This document shows positions 1 to 11,864 of a stretch of 64,000 nt of DNA, piece after piece. Each line of letters starts with the position of its first letter. Position 1 is the first letter of the stretch. A model generated the notes under the pieces. It saw nothing but the letters and a program-made list of their open reading frames with translations, was not told where the DNA came from and ran no database searches. The stretch is from Macrostomum lignano (lineage: Eukaryota), in NCBI GenBank assembly GCA_002269645.1, contig NIVC01000361.1:1-64000 (forward strand). Direction: 5' to 3'. Both the position numbers and the translations under genes were made by a program.

Positions 1-1463
1 GCATTGTCAAGCCGCAGCCTGCGTTTACTTGCAGGATTTGTTGGGATTATAAATCTTAAGATAAGGCAAAGTAGACGAGGCGATGCAGCATTTTAATGAA
101 GCTAGATTTCACATTCGGCCCATCATCAAGAGTGATGAAGAGAGCGCCGACAGCTATGGGAAGGAACTGGAAATAGCTGTGTGGTGTGTGCGTGTTTATC
201 TGTACAGGAATTGGCGGCGTGCACAATGGCTTATTTACTTCCTGCATCAGGCTTTACCCTTCATTCCTCTCTTTTCCACTCTCGCGCACACGCTCGCCAC
301 AGAATCAGCGTAAGGGTGGTTAGGTCAGCGCTCGTTTGCAGCCCAGGACGCAGACAGGCCTTTAGCATTCGCACAAGCTGATTTTGTCCTGTCAGTAGTA
401 GACTAGGTGCAGCGACAACAAACTTGCTTGTAGTAAAAGTGCAAGAGCACTCTTGAGTACGCGCGCTTGCTGGTTTGTATTTATTGTTTGTTTATAGCTA
501 AAAGCTTGAGCTGTAGCGGGACATTGTTTTTTCTTGTAATGAAATAAGATTTCTTAGATAGATTGATTTGCGGTCCAACTTCTGTCAAATCAATCTCATC
601 ATATTCATTCCAATCAGAGTGCCGCAGTGCTGCGAGCAGACTCGCATAGTGCTGCTAAATTCAATTTTCTCCTCACGAACACCCGGCAGCGCTTGTGCGC
701 CTAAAATTGGAGCGAAAGAGTTCTTTGGAGTCTCCGCTGAGAAGGTTTGTTCTGGGAAGACTTCGGGATGGTGAGTTGGCTTTGGCTAGAGGGAAATGGA
801 ACGGGACGGAGCAGGGGAAAGCATGTCTAGGTACGGACATTGGGATGCCCGAGGCACTTTGACTAGAGAAGGAGATCAGGAGTGGAAATCTGTAGATGAG
901 AGTTGAACAGGAGCGACTCAAAGAGGGTGTTTGCCCGGCTCTCATCAGTGTAGTGCTGTTGCACTGAAAGCAGAAATCGGTTCGATGACTCTATGAAGAC
1001 ATCAACTTCAAGGTGCACGCATGTTCCATCTGGAAAAATCATCGCAAAAAATGTGAAATTAGTAAAACTATATTCTATATGAGTCCAGACTGGGCTGCCC
1101 CAGAGTCAGTATAAAACTTACTCTCTCGGGTTGGGCAGAACTCACTAAGGGAAAGCGAATCGGTGAAAGGGGGGACACAGAAATGGGACGAGGAGGCGCG
1201 ACTGGCTTCCACCATTGGCCGAATGGGGGGGGCATCGCAGCTCCTTGGAGTGTGCAGACGCTTCCTTCAAAACAACAAGATAGGTACCCCACGCTCGTAA
1301 TAAAGAGTCTATTGGAACGGGTGAGAGACGAGAGACGAGAGAGGCATATCAGCACTGATAGGCAAAAGCGGACGACGATCTAAAAAGCAGCAGCGCTCCT
1401 AGCTCAGACTCAATATCGATAATTTAACTCAGCGCTAATAGCAGCAGCTGGAACTAGTCAGCC

Positions 1464-2945
1464 ATGGAGAGCTCCATGTCTGTGTGGCTGCTAGTTCAAC
1501 TCTTCATCAACGTGGCATCCAGCTGTTCAAATCTATGCGCTGCCCACCTGTTCCTGCGGCTGTTCCGAGCGAACCGTGCCGCCTCGCTGCTCGGGCTGCT
1601 TCTTCTGTCAACCAGCGAGTTCGTGTTCGACCTCAGCCATCTGCTGTTCACGGTCAGCAACTTGCTCGGCAGGGCCTGTGAGGACGAATCTAGCCCGGTT
1701 GGGAACTCAACCACCGCCGCTCCGGAGCTGGCGAGTGGCGTCCGTCTCTGGCTGTGCATCGGCGCCTTCGCTCCCTCCAACGCGTGCCTCTTCATCCGCA
1801 ACTGGTGGATCACGCTGTTTACCATTGTGCGCTGCTTTGTAATTGTGTGGCCGTTCACCGCTCGGACAGTGTTCACTAAGAAACTCTACGCTCGGTGCTA
1901 CGCCGCATGCGTCCTACTTGGCATCGTGTTCACCGCTCTGCGCGTCTGGACGGCATTCTCTTCGAATTCTCACCTGCTCCGTTTCGTTATGATTATCCAG
2001 GCACCGGTGCCCAGCCTGCTGGTGTTCGGCGCCAGCGTGCTCATGGTGGCCGACCTGGTGAAGATCCAGTGGTCCGCTTCGCGACGCCGTCGACTTCGTC
2101 GGCAGCAGCTGGTGGCCGCGGCTTCGCCATTGCTGGCACCGCACACGCCTCCGGAGCAGCACGAACTGAACCCGTCAAGGTGAGACACATTAATGGGTCT
2201 AGCTCAACCTATCCATTTTGCTAGTGGCAGGGCATTATAAGTGCTATCATGCCCACGCGTTCTACAGACTGTTTTCCACCGTAAATATTATAGAGACTTC
2301 GAGAAATACTTTGTGTTTCATGTCTTTCCCCTCCTTTTCGGCTTTTTAAGACAGGAAATGGTTCAACGGCAGCAGCAGCAGCAGCACCAACAACAACAAC
2401 AACAAAATCAACAACAACAACAACAACAACACCAGCAGCAGCAGCAGCAACAGCAGCGCCAGCAGCTAATGATTTGCCCGATGGAGCGGCCCCGAAGTCA
2501 CTCGGTGATCTGGGAGGCGGCCCTCATAGACGATTCCAGACTGCGCAGCAACAGCCGCTGCTCGGAGCTCGGCACGCCGACTAAGAGAAAGAAGAAGCGA
2601 GACAGAAGTGCAGCCACAGCTACGGCGAGCGCGGACGGAGTTGACCAAGCGGCCAGCCGGGTCCTTCGCGCCACCATCACCATCGCCTCCGTGGCTGTGC
2701 TCTTTGTAGTACTGGAGACGCCGTGCAGTATTTTTGTATTCCTGGGCTTGGAAACGTCGCTAACTGAGCACATCAGCAATACGCTGATTGGCGTGGACTC
2801 GCTTCTGAACTTCGCCGTGTTTATGTGCACCAGCTGCACTTTCCGGGCCGAGTTCCTGGCGCTGTTTGGCTCGGGTCGATCGCGCCAAAACAGGCACACA
2901 AACAGCCAAAGAAATCGGGCAAGCGGATGCGCGACAGCCTACTAA
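1464..2945 (+). CDS. Rhodopsin-class (class A) 7TM GPCR, peptide-receptor-like; join(1464..2179,2351..2945), 436 aa
   Basis: Seven hydrophobic segments across two ORFs: TM3 'RNWWITLFTIVRCFVIVWPF' (DRY-equivalent VRC followed by the conserved Pro), TM6 'VLFVVLETP', TM7 'DSLLNFAVF..S..FR'. Donor AG|GTGAGA at 2179/2180 and acceptor TTTTTAAG| at 2350 join in phase (AG+A = Arg). The intron and a polyQ tract lie in ICL3. Confidence 0.85.
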
Positions 2946-3674
2946 TAGTAGCACTCATTTCTGATATCAATGGATCTTGTGATTTTACACTGTATCTTCA
3001 CATTTATGTTATTACTAGCTCCAACATTACTTGACTTAAACAAGCAGCTAGTCTGTACAGGCAGGAACATTTTCTCGATAATGAACAGATGACGTGGCAT
3101 GCTTTGACAATCAATTTCAAGGATACGATTTACTTCTGAATTGAAGCCCAAAATAAATGCATATCAATTATTCTTGTCATTAAGCTAGCTATATATCTAA
3201 TGCTTCAAAGGTGGCAGGTGTTTAAAATTAATGCTTTTTGTCTCATAGATTCGTGCTTAGTTTAGCGGGCTGCTTGGTAGGTGCTCTGTGTGCCATTTCT
3301 CAGAATCACAGAGTTCAAAAATAGAATAAAATTCTGGAAAACTGTGCTCATCATTTTTTGAAAAATTCCATATATGGCCAGTAAAATGGGTCTATTTAGA
3401 GAGAGCGTGGCTGTAGTTGCACACATCTGCAAAAAGTGTTTGAATTTGCCTGTGTATCATTGGAAGCAATCAGTGGCAGAAGGGACCTTCATAACGATAG
3501 CAAGCAACACCGTTCATAAAATTTAAAATACAAGCCATACGGTACTGACATCAAGGACGGAAATCTAATTAAACTTTTAAGTAATCCCAAAGTAAAACAA
3601 TGCAGCATACAGCAATAATTATAAATATGATAGCTCTTAAAAATCAGTTCTTTAGTAATTCGAGTCTGCTTCGC

Positions 3675-4040
3675 TCACTGCTTTTTTTGCCCAACGACCG
3701 GCAGAAATTTCTCCTCCTCTGCAGGCGACGCAACCGCCTGGTCAGTCCGGTTCGCCGTCTGCCGCCTCGGTGGCGCCTCGTCCATCGCCAGATCGTCGGC
3801 CTCGTCTCTTTTATCAATCTCGTCGGCGTCGTCGTCGACAACGCCGCAGCATTTCTGGCGCACCAGCCGGACTGCCAGCCACAGTAGCAGCGGCAGCGGC
3901 GTGAAAGTCAAGGCCGCGACCGGGCCGACAAGGCTCAAGTCAGCGTCCGGCTGCGGCAGCGACGTCTGCAGCATGAGAATCGGCAGGCCGGCGTTCTGGA
4001 TCATCGTCTCTAGCCCGATTGTGACAACTCGCCGATAGCC
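3675..4040 (-). CDS. SLC10 exon 4 (last TM helices, acidic C-terminal tail)
   Basis: Acceptor GACAG|GGC TAT at 4041/4040; TGA at 3675-3677. Confidence 0.9.
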   Translation of the reverse strand, partial: GYRRVVTIGLETMIQNAGLPILMLQTSLPQPDADLSLVGPVAALTFTPLPLLLWLAVRLVRQKCCGVVDDDADEIDKRDEADDLAMDEAPPRRQTANRTDQAVASPAEEEKFLPVVGQKKQ

Positions 4041-7000
4041 CTGTCGGATGGTGGTGTTAGGAAGGTCAAATATCACAGACTCAGGGGAGCTGGATCGCTT
4101 GAACAACCTCCTAAGTTCTTCTGGTCGAAGACGTCGCGAATTTTTTCATATTATAGTTCAACTAGCATGCCGTCCGTGAATGGTTTTAGCCATTGGCTGT
4201 GGCAAAATATCCATGGACAATGGAGACATGCAGAGGTATCAATTTAGGCTCGCACACACTGCTATCAAGACAGACCAGAATGTGCATTAGCTGGTATCTC
4301 AGGGTAGAGCAGTTCAGCAGTAAACGCGTCTAATTTTCACGCCGCCACCCCTGTTTCATTTCGGGCGTGGTGCACGAAAATTGGTCGAGGGGTTGTCGTG
4401 CGATTCACAGCCATGAGATGAGGGCCAGCCCCCAAGGCACAGTGAAGTGTACATGCCTGACGATTAGACAGTCAGTGCCGCTGTACACCCTGTGTGAGCG
4501 TGTGTACGAGTGCGTGCCTGAGTACAGTATTGGCTCATGAGTTATTTGTGCTCAAGAGTCTGCGGTCAAGCGGCCAAGGGGACCCACAACCTTTCTGCAA
4601 ATAGTTATAGCTTCACGTAGCCTTGATCAGTCGTAATTCTGGGTGAGATTTTCTTGTTACGAGCTAATTTGATGGCAGTGTGTGCGAGTAGACATTTTCA
4701 GCATTGTCCAACTGCCAACTAGATGAACATTAGTTAAAAGATTTTCTGAATCATGAAAGGCACCGAACCTGGCAGAACACTGTAGCCATCAGTGCGCCAA
4801 AGATGAAGCCGAGATAGGGCAGGCAGCATCCGGCCAGAATCATAGCCGGCGTGAACAGCTTCAAGATGTAGGCGTTGGCGTAGAACCCAACGGTGAACAT
4901 GAACAGGATGAAGCAGATCAGCATCGGTTTCAGGATGCGCCGGATGAACCTGTCCAGCCTGGGCAGTTGGCGTTGGATAGCGAATCCAATTGCGGTTGGC
5001 ACTATGATCAGGACCAGGGTGAGCAGGATACTCCAATACGGGATGCGGATGTTGATGTCCCGCGACTTCAGCACCTGCTGGCCGAGGGTGAATATGTACA
5101 ACGGCACCATGCCTGCTCGGATGAAGTTCGGGTTAGTGAATCTTGGAGTTAATTGCACAGAAATCGTTCGTGCTTATCTATGCCAAACTAACAATAGTCT
5201 GTGCACTTTAAGACAGCCAAAAAATGTTTGTTATAGTTAGCCAAGGCGTGTTGAAACGGGGTAAAATGCACGACAGCCCCTGAGAATATTGGGGTCAGCC
5301 CTTCAATAAATACTTCAATAAACTTCAATAAATAAAAAACTCGTATGCATATACTCGTAAGTATCTATAGTTAATGTTTTTATAACTTGTATATTTCGAA
5401 AGTAAAGCTTAGTCAGGGAAGCCTCTATGGTCGCTGCGCAGCCACTATAGAGGGGTTGCTTTCACAACCGCGAAACTTCACAACCGCTAAATCACCTACT
5501 TTCACAACCGCGAAACTTCACAACCGCGAAACTTCACAACCGCTAAATCACCTACTTTCACAACCGCGAAACTTCACAACCGCGAAACTTCACAACCGCA
5601 AAACTTCATAACCGCTAAAAAGACTGTTGTATATGAAAGTAAGTGCAAAAATTTTAGCGGTTGTGAAGTTTCGCGGTTATGAAGTTTCACGGTTGTGAAA
5701 GTAGATACATTTAGCGGTTGTGAAGTTTCGCATTTGTGAAACCCACCCCTATAGAGGCTTCCCTGACTTAGTACTGCTTAATAATGCTTAGTATCAGTTA
5801 TTACTATTTTTTCGATTCACAAAATAAGGAGTTTTGGCCATACACAATTTCATTTCAATAGATTTCATTCTTACTTTCGTTCTCCAGAGTGCTGGTGTGA
5901 AAATGTGGGGGGGGGGCTGACCCGTGGATGAAGGAATAGAAGGGATCGCTCATCGGAAAGCGAGTCAAGGCTTCCTAAAAATTGGGATATCCCCCCATGA
6001 ATTTCATTGCATAGCTGCTGGAATTTAATAATAGCCCCCCCCCCCTAAGTTCTTAATGACTGAAGATTGTACGCGGGGAAATTCACTATTAACGCGCGTG
6101 CTAGGATGTAGCATTGACATAGATAACCTTTTCTCTTGTTTCAAATACTAAGTTCTTTCCTTAAACCGTCGTGGCCCAGAAGAACAAATCAGTTGTAGAT
6201 TTCTAACGTTAATCGTGACTTTGGAATTTCCCCCACGTACAAGCTTCAGCCAGTAAGAACTTGGGGGAGACTATAATTAAATTCCAGAAGCCAATAAAAT
6301 CATGGGGGGGGAATATCCCAATTTTTAGAAAGTCTTGGCCATAGACTCGCTTTCAGATGAGCGATCCTTTCTATTCCTTCATCCATGGGCTGACCCCGCT
6401 TTCTTCTGACTTTGCCATAGACATTCTCAGCGGGCCGTGAAACCGACTGAATGCTTTGGAGTAAATGGGATTTTACCATAGACAGTCTCAGCGGACCGTG
6501 AAACGCGGTCTCACGCGCGCTAACAATGACACAAATATGGATGGGCGGCAGAGGGCAGAAACGAACCATAACGCCGAGGCGCTAGGATGGTATATTCTGA
6601 CATCTTTGCTTCTAGTAAACTGAGAACAAAACGGAGAAAGCAGAAAATATAAGAGATAAGACCCATGGATCATCCCCCCGATTTGATTAGAGAAATTGCT
6701 TCTAGCGGAAGTTCAAAAGCTTAATTGATTAAGCAACCGCATTTGGCGGTTGGATTTTTCTGACCATAATATCCCAGATTTTTAGCAGTGTTTACCAAGG
6801 CAGAACAGATTTCTACAACAAAACAACATGAATTCATGTCATTACTTAGGGATATTAAAAACATCTTTTTGTATAAATAAAACAAAACGAATCTTTCTAC
6901 ATGTAGCAATTGAAGCGCACAATCGGACGAAACATTTTTGGGCTAAATGCGAACGGTTACAAAACAAAGAAACCAAACGCTTATGAGTTCCTACTAAAAG

Positions 7001-10000
7001 ACTGCAAGTGGATTATTGAATTTTTCAAGTGAACTTTCGTGTGTTTTCAAAGGCTCCAGTACTTTCTAAAAATAATTGAAAACAGAGAAACAACAGCGAT
7101 GCCCTAAAGAGCAGGTAATTTAGCAGGATTGATGGGCCGCGGTTTGCACACGAGGCTTGAAAGCCTTGAACTCACGTTTTTCACTTATAAAGTTTTGAAA
7201 ATTAAACTTCAAGCATCGAGCTTCGATTCTCGAAAACAGAAGATAATACCACTGCCACTGGCTTTGAGAAATTGAGTATAATAGTTGGATTATATACACC
7301 TGGCTCTCTGAGTTGGATTATATACACCTGACTCTCTGAGTTGGATTATATACACCTGGCTCTCTGAGTTGGATTATATACACCTGGCTCTCTGAGTTGG
7401 ATTATATACACCTGACTCTCTGAGTTGGATTATATACACCTGGCTCTCTGAGTTGGATTATATACACCTGACTCTCTGAGTTGGATTATATACACCTGAC
7501 TCTCTGAGTTGGATTATATACACCTGACTCTCTGAGTTGGATTATACACCTGGCTCTCTGAGTTGGATTATATACACCTGACTCTCTGAGTTGGATTATA
7601 CACCTGGCTCTCTGAGTTGGATTATATACACCTGACTCTCTGAGTTGGATTATACACCTGGCTCTCTGAGTTGGATTATATACACCTGGACTCTCTGAGT
7701 TGGATTATATACACCTGGACTCTCTGAGTTGGATTATATACACCTGGACTCTCTGAGTTGGATTATATACACCTGACTCTCTGAGTTGGATTATACACCT
7801 GGCTCTCTGAGTTGGATTATATACACCTGGACTCTCTGAGTTGGATTATATACACCTGACTCTCTGAGTTGGATTATATACACCTGACTCAGAGTTTGAC
7901 ACCTGACTCTAGAGTTTGACATACACCTGACTCTGAGTTTGACATACACCTGACTCAGTTGGAGTCTTGACATATACACCTGACTCTGAGTTTGACATAA
8001 ACCTGACTCAGAGTCTTGACATATACACCTGACTCTGAGTTTGACTCTGAGTAATACACTGACTCAGACTCTGAGTTTCACTGAGTTTGACATACTGACT
8101 CTGAGTTTGACATACATCTGACTCTGAGTTTGACATACATCTGACTCTGAGTTTGACATACATCTGACTCTGAGTTTGACATACATCTGACTCTGAGTTT
8201 GACATACATCTGACTCTGAGTTTGACATACATCTGACTCTGAGTTTGACATACATCTGACTCTGAGTTTGACATACATCTGACTCTGATTTGGCCCCGTA
8301 TGAGTCGTAATTTCCTATTTTAGCTCGATTGGAAACGCGGTTTATTGTTAATTTTATTATTACTTGTATAAATTGCCGTAGAAGTAACTTTTTTATCTGG
8401 TTTGGCCTATATTGTCTACTTGAACATGCAGTAGCACAGAGTGCGAATAATTCACTTGCTTGCTCACCCAGCGCGGTAATGGTGCTAAGCAGCGTCATCG
8501 TGACGCTGAGCGATACGTCTCCGCCGAGTAGGAGGCAGTAAAAGTTGCTGGCGCCGCCTCCGGGAGAGCAGCCCATGCCGAAGTAGCCGAGAGCCGTGCT
8601 GGGCGGGATTTCAATCACTAGGAGGACGCAGTAGGATATCTGTGGAGTTTAAGTTTGATTCAAATGTAAATTTTCATTTAAGGATCACTGCAGTATCGTG
8701 TAATTTTTGGAGGCCAATTTCCAGGAAAAAGTACACTGCGGAAAAGTGAAAAAATCATTTTTATTCGCAAAATCACAAATTGCATTTGATCTGGGACATT
8801 GAAGATTACCATTTATTTAATTTAGCATATGGACAAAATGCTACTCTGTTTAATTTTATATAGCTGTGTGGTGAAAGTCTCATTTTTATATTGTTTTCTT
8901 TTTATTTCATAAGCCCAAGTTGTAAATACTCACAAGTGGCGTTATAGTTAGCTTTTTGTTTTTGTTCCGTCTTGAATCAAGCATATTTGTAATAAAAATG
9001 TTAAATATTAAATAAGAATGGTACTCTTAAGTCATGACTCGTATATTGCAGGTATATTGTAAATTATATGAAAATGAAACTTTCTCTACACAAGCTATTG
9101 AAGGCATCTGAAGGCTGCGTACGGCTGTTCAATCCAAGGACTGGAGGTCGCCACAGACACCCTCAATTACCCCAGCTAATGCCAATGATGCAATTCAGAG
9201 AGTTAAATGTCTTTTTCAAGGGCACAAATTGTTCCAGTGCGATCGGGAATCGAACCACCGGCCTTTTAGTCGTCAGTCCGACGCTCCAATCACAGGCCTA
9301 CAACCCCTTTAAACATCGTCCAAAAAAGGACAAGTAATCACATGCCAAACATTCCCGAGCTTGGCTAGGTCAACTCATGCAGAAACTCTTCAAAAAAGAC
9401 ACACGCATACCATAGGCATGAAGAGAAACTGTGACACCAAGCCGATGACCGGGGCAACAGGCCGGCGCAGCACATTCTTCACCACCGTCAGGTCCATCTC
9501 GCAGCCGATCCCGATGCTAGCCACCAGCACAAAGATCCACACCACTACGCGGAAGATCTTGTCTACTAGGCGGAGATAGCGCACAACTGACACTCTGAAC
9601 TTCAGCTCGGTGCCTTCGGCGGCTGTCAGGCGCTGCACAGCCGTACCATTGCTGCCAGCGGCCGGGGCGGTCAGCTCCAACTGTAGCTCCGTTCGACCCA
9701 GGAAGAGGCCTCGCAGCTGGAGCCGGTGGCCAAGCCGCGGATACGGCGGTGTTGGCTTCTCTGTCTCTGAGCTGGAATTGTCTCGCATCTTCTGCAGCCA
9801 CCGGAGGACATCCGGCGAGGGCTGGTGATCTCGCTGGAGCATCAGCGCCCAGTTTTCCACTGGCAAGAGTTCTGCCACTTCAGGATCGGCTACTGAGAAG
9901 GTCGCATTGATATCCACTGCCGAGTTCAGCGAATAGTCAAATGTCAAGTTGACGGTTTGCCCTTCCACTATGCTGTACAAGTTGGGTCCGGGAAAGAAGT

Positions 10001-10208
10001 ACAAGGTTAGGTTGGCTGACGCGGTGTCCTGATCACTGCCGCCACTGGTATTGGCTGGCAGAAGACGCAAATTGTGCACAGACAGCTGCATTGTAGTCTT
10101 CTGCTCCCTAGCCAAGGAGAATGCCTGGACTACCGAGTAATTGCTGGAGCACAGGAAAGTGAAGAATACCATTAGCGGAAAGTATCGATGCAGCGGGTGA
10201 CTCAACAT
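3675..10208 (-). CDS. SLC10-family sodium/bile-acid symporter with signal peptide and long luminal N-terminus (SLC10A3/A5-like architecture); complement join(9411..10208,8468..8639,4769..5112,3675..4040), 559 aa
   Basis: SBF motifs 'IGCEMD...LRRPVAPVIGLVSQFLFMP', 'GCSPGGGASN...GDVSLSVTMT..ST', 'TIGLETMIQN', 'QPDADL'. All three introns are GT-AG with consistent phases (0,1,0); total 1680 nt is an intact frame. Confidence 0.93.
4300..4540 (+). mobile_element. tRNA-derived SINE, family B (degenerate copy)
   Basis: AAGGCACAGTGAAGTGTACATGCCT...GCCGCTGTACAC matches the reverse complement of 22860-22915; A-box-like TATCTCAGGGTAGAGC near 4310. Confidence 0.55.
4769..5112 (-). CDS. SLC10 exon 3
   Basis: Acceptor CAG|GC ATG GTG at 5113/5112; donor CAG|GTTCGG at 4769/4768. 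Confidence 0.9.
5412..5767. mobile_element. MITE with 17-bp perfect TIRs, TTA target-site duplication and inverted ~15-bp subterminal repeats
   Basis: TTA|GTCAGGGAAGCCTCTAT ... ATAGAGGCTTCCCTGAC|TTA. TTCACAACCGCGAAAC repeats on the left arm are mirrored by GTTTCGCGGTT(G/A)TGAA on the right arm. Confidence 0.8.
5913..6397. mobile_element. Foldback/MITE-like element: ~190-bp imperfect inverted repeat
   Basis: 5913-6095 (GGATGAAGGAATAGAAGGGATCGCTCATC...) is the reverse complement of 6205-6397 (...GATGAGCGATCCTTTCTATTCCTTCATCC), roughly 80% identical by eye. Confidence 0.75.
7283..8288. repeat. Compound minisatellite: 28-bp AGTTGGATTATATACACCTG(G/A)CTCTCTG grading into 23-bp CTGACTCTGAGTTTGACATACAT
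   Basis: Direct tandem copies; transition at about 7880-8100. Confidence 0.95.
8468..8639 (-). CDS. SLC10 exon 2 (GCSPGGGASN motif)
   Basis: Acceptor CTCCACAG|ATA at 8640/8639; donor G|GTGAGC at 8468/8467. Confidence 0.92.
9100..9306 (-). mobile_element. tRNA-derived SINE, family A (Deu/Nin-domain-like core)
   Basis: Minus strand has B-box GGTTCGATTCCCG and core GTGCCCTTGAAAAAGACATTTAACTCTCTG; homologous to 44085-44290. Confidence 0.7.
9411..10208 (-). CDS. SLC10 exon 1 (signal peptide, luminal domain, first TM helices)
   Basis: ATG at 10208; donor ATG|GTATGC at 9411/9410. Confidence 0.9.
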
Positions 10209-11194
10209 GCCGAACCGTTTGAAATCCTAGCTGCTGTGACTGCACTGTAGTGACTTTTAAGCTTAGTTTTGAGCTTACTCCCTGCAATATTAACTCGGAA
10301 ACCATTTGAGCAGTATCATATGAAGGGAGACGCAGAATAGCGTTCAGAGTCGTCTTATCAGGGCGTGAAGGGTGAGCACTCCGCTATATTCAACTGAGCA
10401 GTGTATTCTGCTCAGTAAAGAAGAGTGCTCTCAGATTAATTTGAAGCCGAAACAGAGAATAAGGGACTGTAAAAGCAGAACGTCACACAAAATCTGAATG
10501 TGATCTTATCTAAAATATTGAGAACTGAGAACATTTATAAGCACGAACTATTCTCTCGATAGCTACATGCATATGCACATGTTAGATTGACAAGCTTTTG
10601 GCTGCAGATGGAAGCCAGGAATTAACAACAACAACATGCAGCGACTCAGAGCGCGCGACTCAGAGCGTTTTGGCGTGAACGTAGACCGCTACGGGCCGAC
10701 CGAATCCAGCCCGAATTTAAACAAGGCATTTATAGCGACTGACATCAATGGCTAAATGCTTACATAGGAGAAAAATAAGTGTTGAATGGGGCAATATTTC
10801 AGAGATATCGTGGAAACTTAACTATTTTATTTTCATTTCTGCAACAGGTATTCATCCGCTCATTTTTTCTCCCGATCCCAAATCGAAGTTTTAGTTTTTT
10901 TTCCAGAAGCTTAACTTTCACTATAGAGTTGGCCATGAAAATTTCATATTTTGTTTTGGTCATAACTTTTTGAACGCCCTTCATTGGGATTTATGCCTAA
11001 CCAAGGGGGGTCAAGACCCAAGAGGGCTAGAGAGGAGTGGGTGGGCACATACGTAGAAAAATTGCTTGGTTAGTTTCTCACGTTTTTCCGATCCGGGTCT
11101 CTTCTAAAAGGGAGGCGCCCCCGGCCTGTTTGTGCCCCTGTGCCCAAACAAGAAACAATGCGCAAAATTGTTTTTGTTTTTAAAAAATTGTCAT

Positions 11195-11864
11195 CTAGCT
11201 AGCACGTACCGCGCTTCTCGCAAGAACTATAGATTTACATGTAATTGACTGTGGGAGACTTAGTCGTGACTTGATGACGAATGGGAATAATGACTGTAAT
11301 CTTAGAGTAGAGAAGCTGAGTGTTCCAAAGAGGAGGACTGCATGATATATGGTCGCAGGTAAGATGGTGTTACAACGTCTGCGTAAACCAAAGTCAGTCG
11401 AGTAAATTTCTTCAATTGGATCGGGTCGGAGCTCCTCCAAACCAAAAAACCCCAGGCTTTACAACCGGTCCAGCTTCTTTTATTATTGTGTGCTTAAGTC
11501 TATAGTAGTGTACATTATTTTAATTACTCTCTAAACTAGCTACTGCAGTACTTGCACGTACAAACTAATCTACAATTAAGATGCCTTCTGAATACAGTAT
11601 ATTGATGCCCCAACACAAGTAACACGTTCAGGTTTCAATAGATCAAATTGACAAAACTGTCTTTAAATCATTATCTAACTGACAGATTATTTTGTCAATA
11701 ACGGCGAAAAATACTTTCGCAGTGACCTTTCGTCTAAAGCTTGCCATTTCGGCGAACGATTTGTTGAGATTGATCCAAGCTCCTTCAAAGAGCGAATAGT
11801 TTTGTTGTTTTTGACAAAAGTCAAAATTAAAAACACAAACTTTAAAAAGATTTTTTATCGTCAT
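11195..11864 (-). pseudogene. Decayed hAT-like transposase fragments
   Basis: 'FRRKV..KVFFAVIDKIICQLD' resembles the hAT D..I..L..RF segment, and 'ILPAT...SFSTLRL' resembles the hAT C-terminal dimerisation motif (LPxT..ERSFSxL). Fragmentary and frameshifted. Confidence 0.45.

Noticed and set aside
1012-1040. Minus-strand peptide DFSRWNMR resembling an RNA-virus polymerase motif A
   Set aside because: Stop three codons later and no other RdRp motifs; likely chance
56-1383. Short ORFs at the window start
   Set aside because: No recognisable domain or splice context; left unassigned
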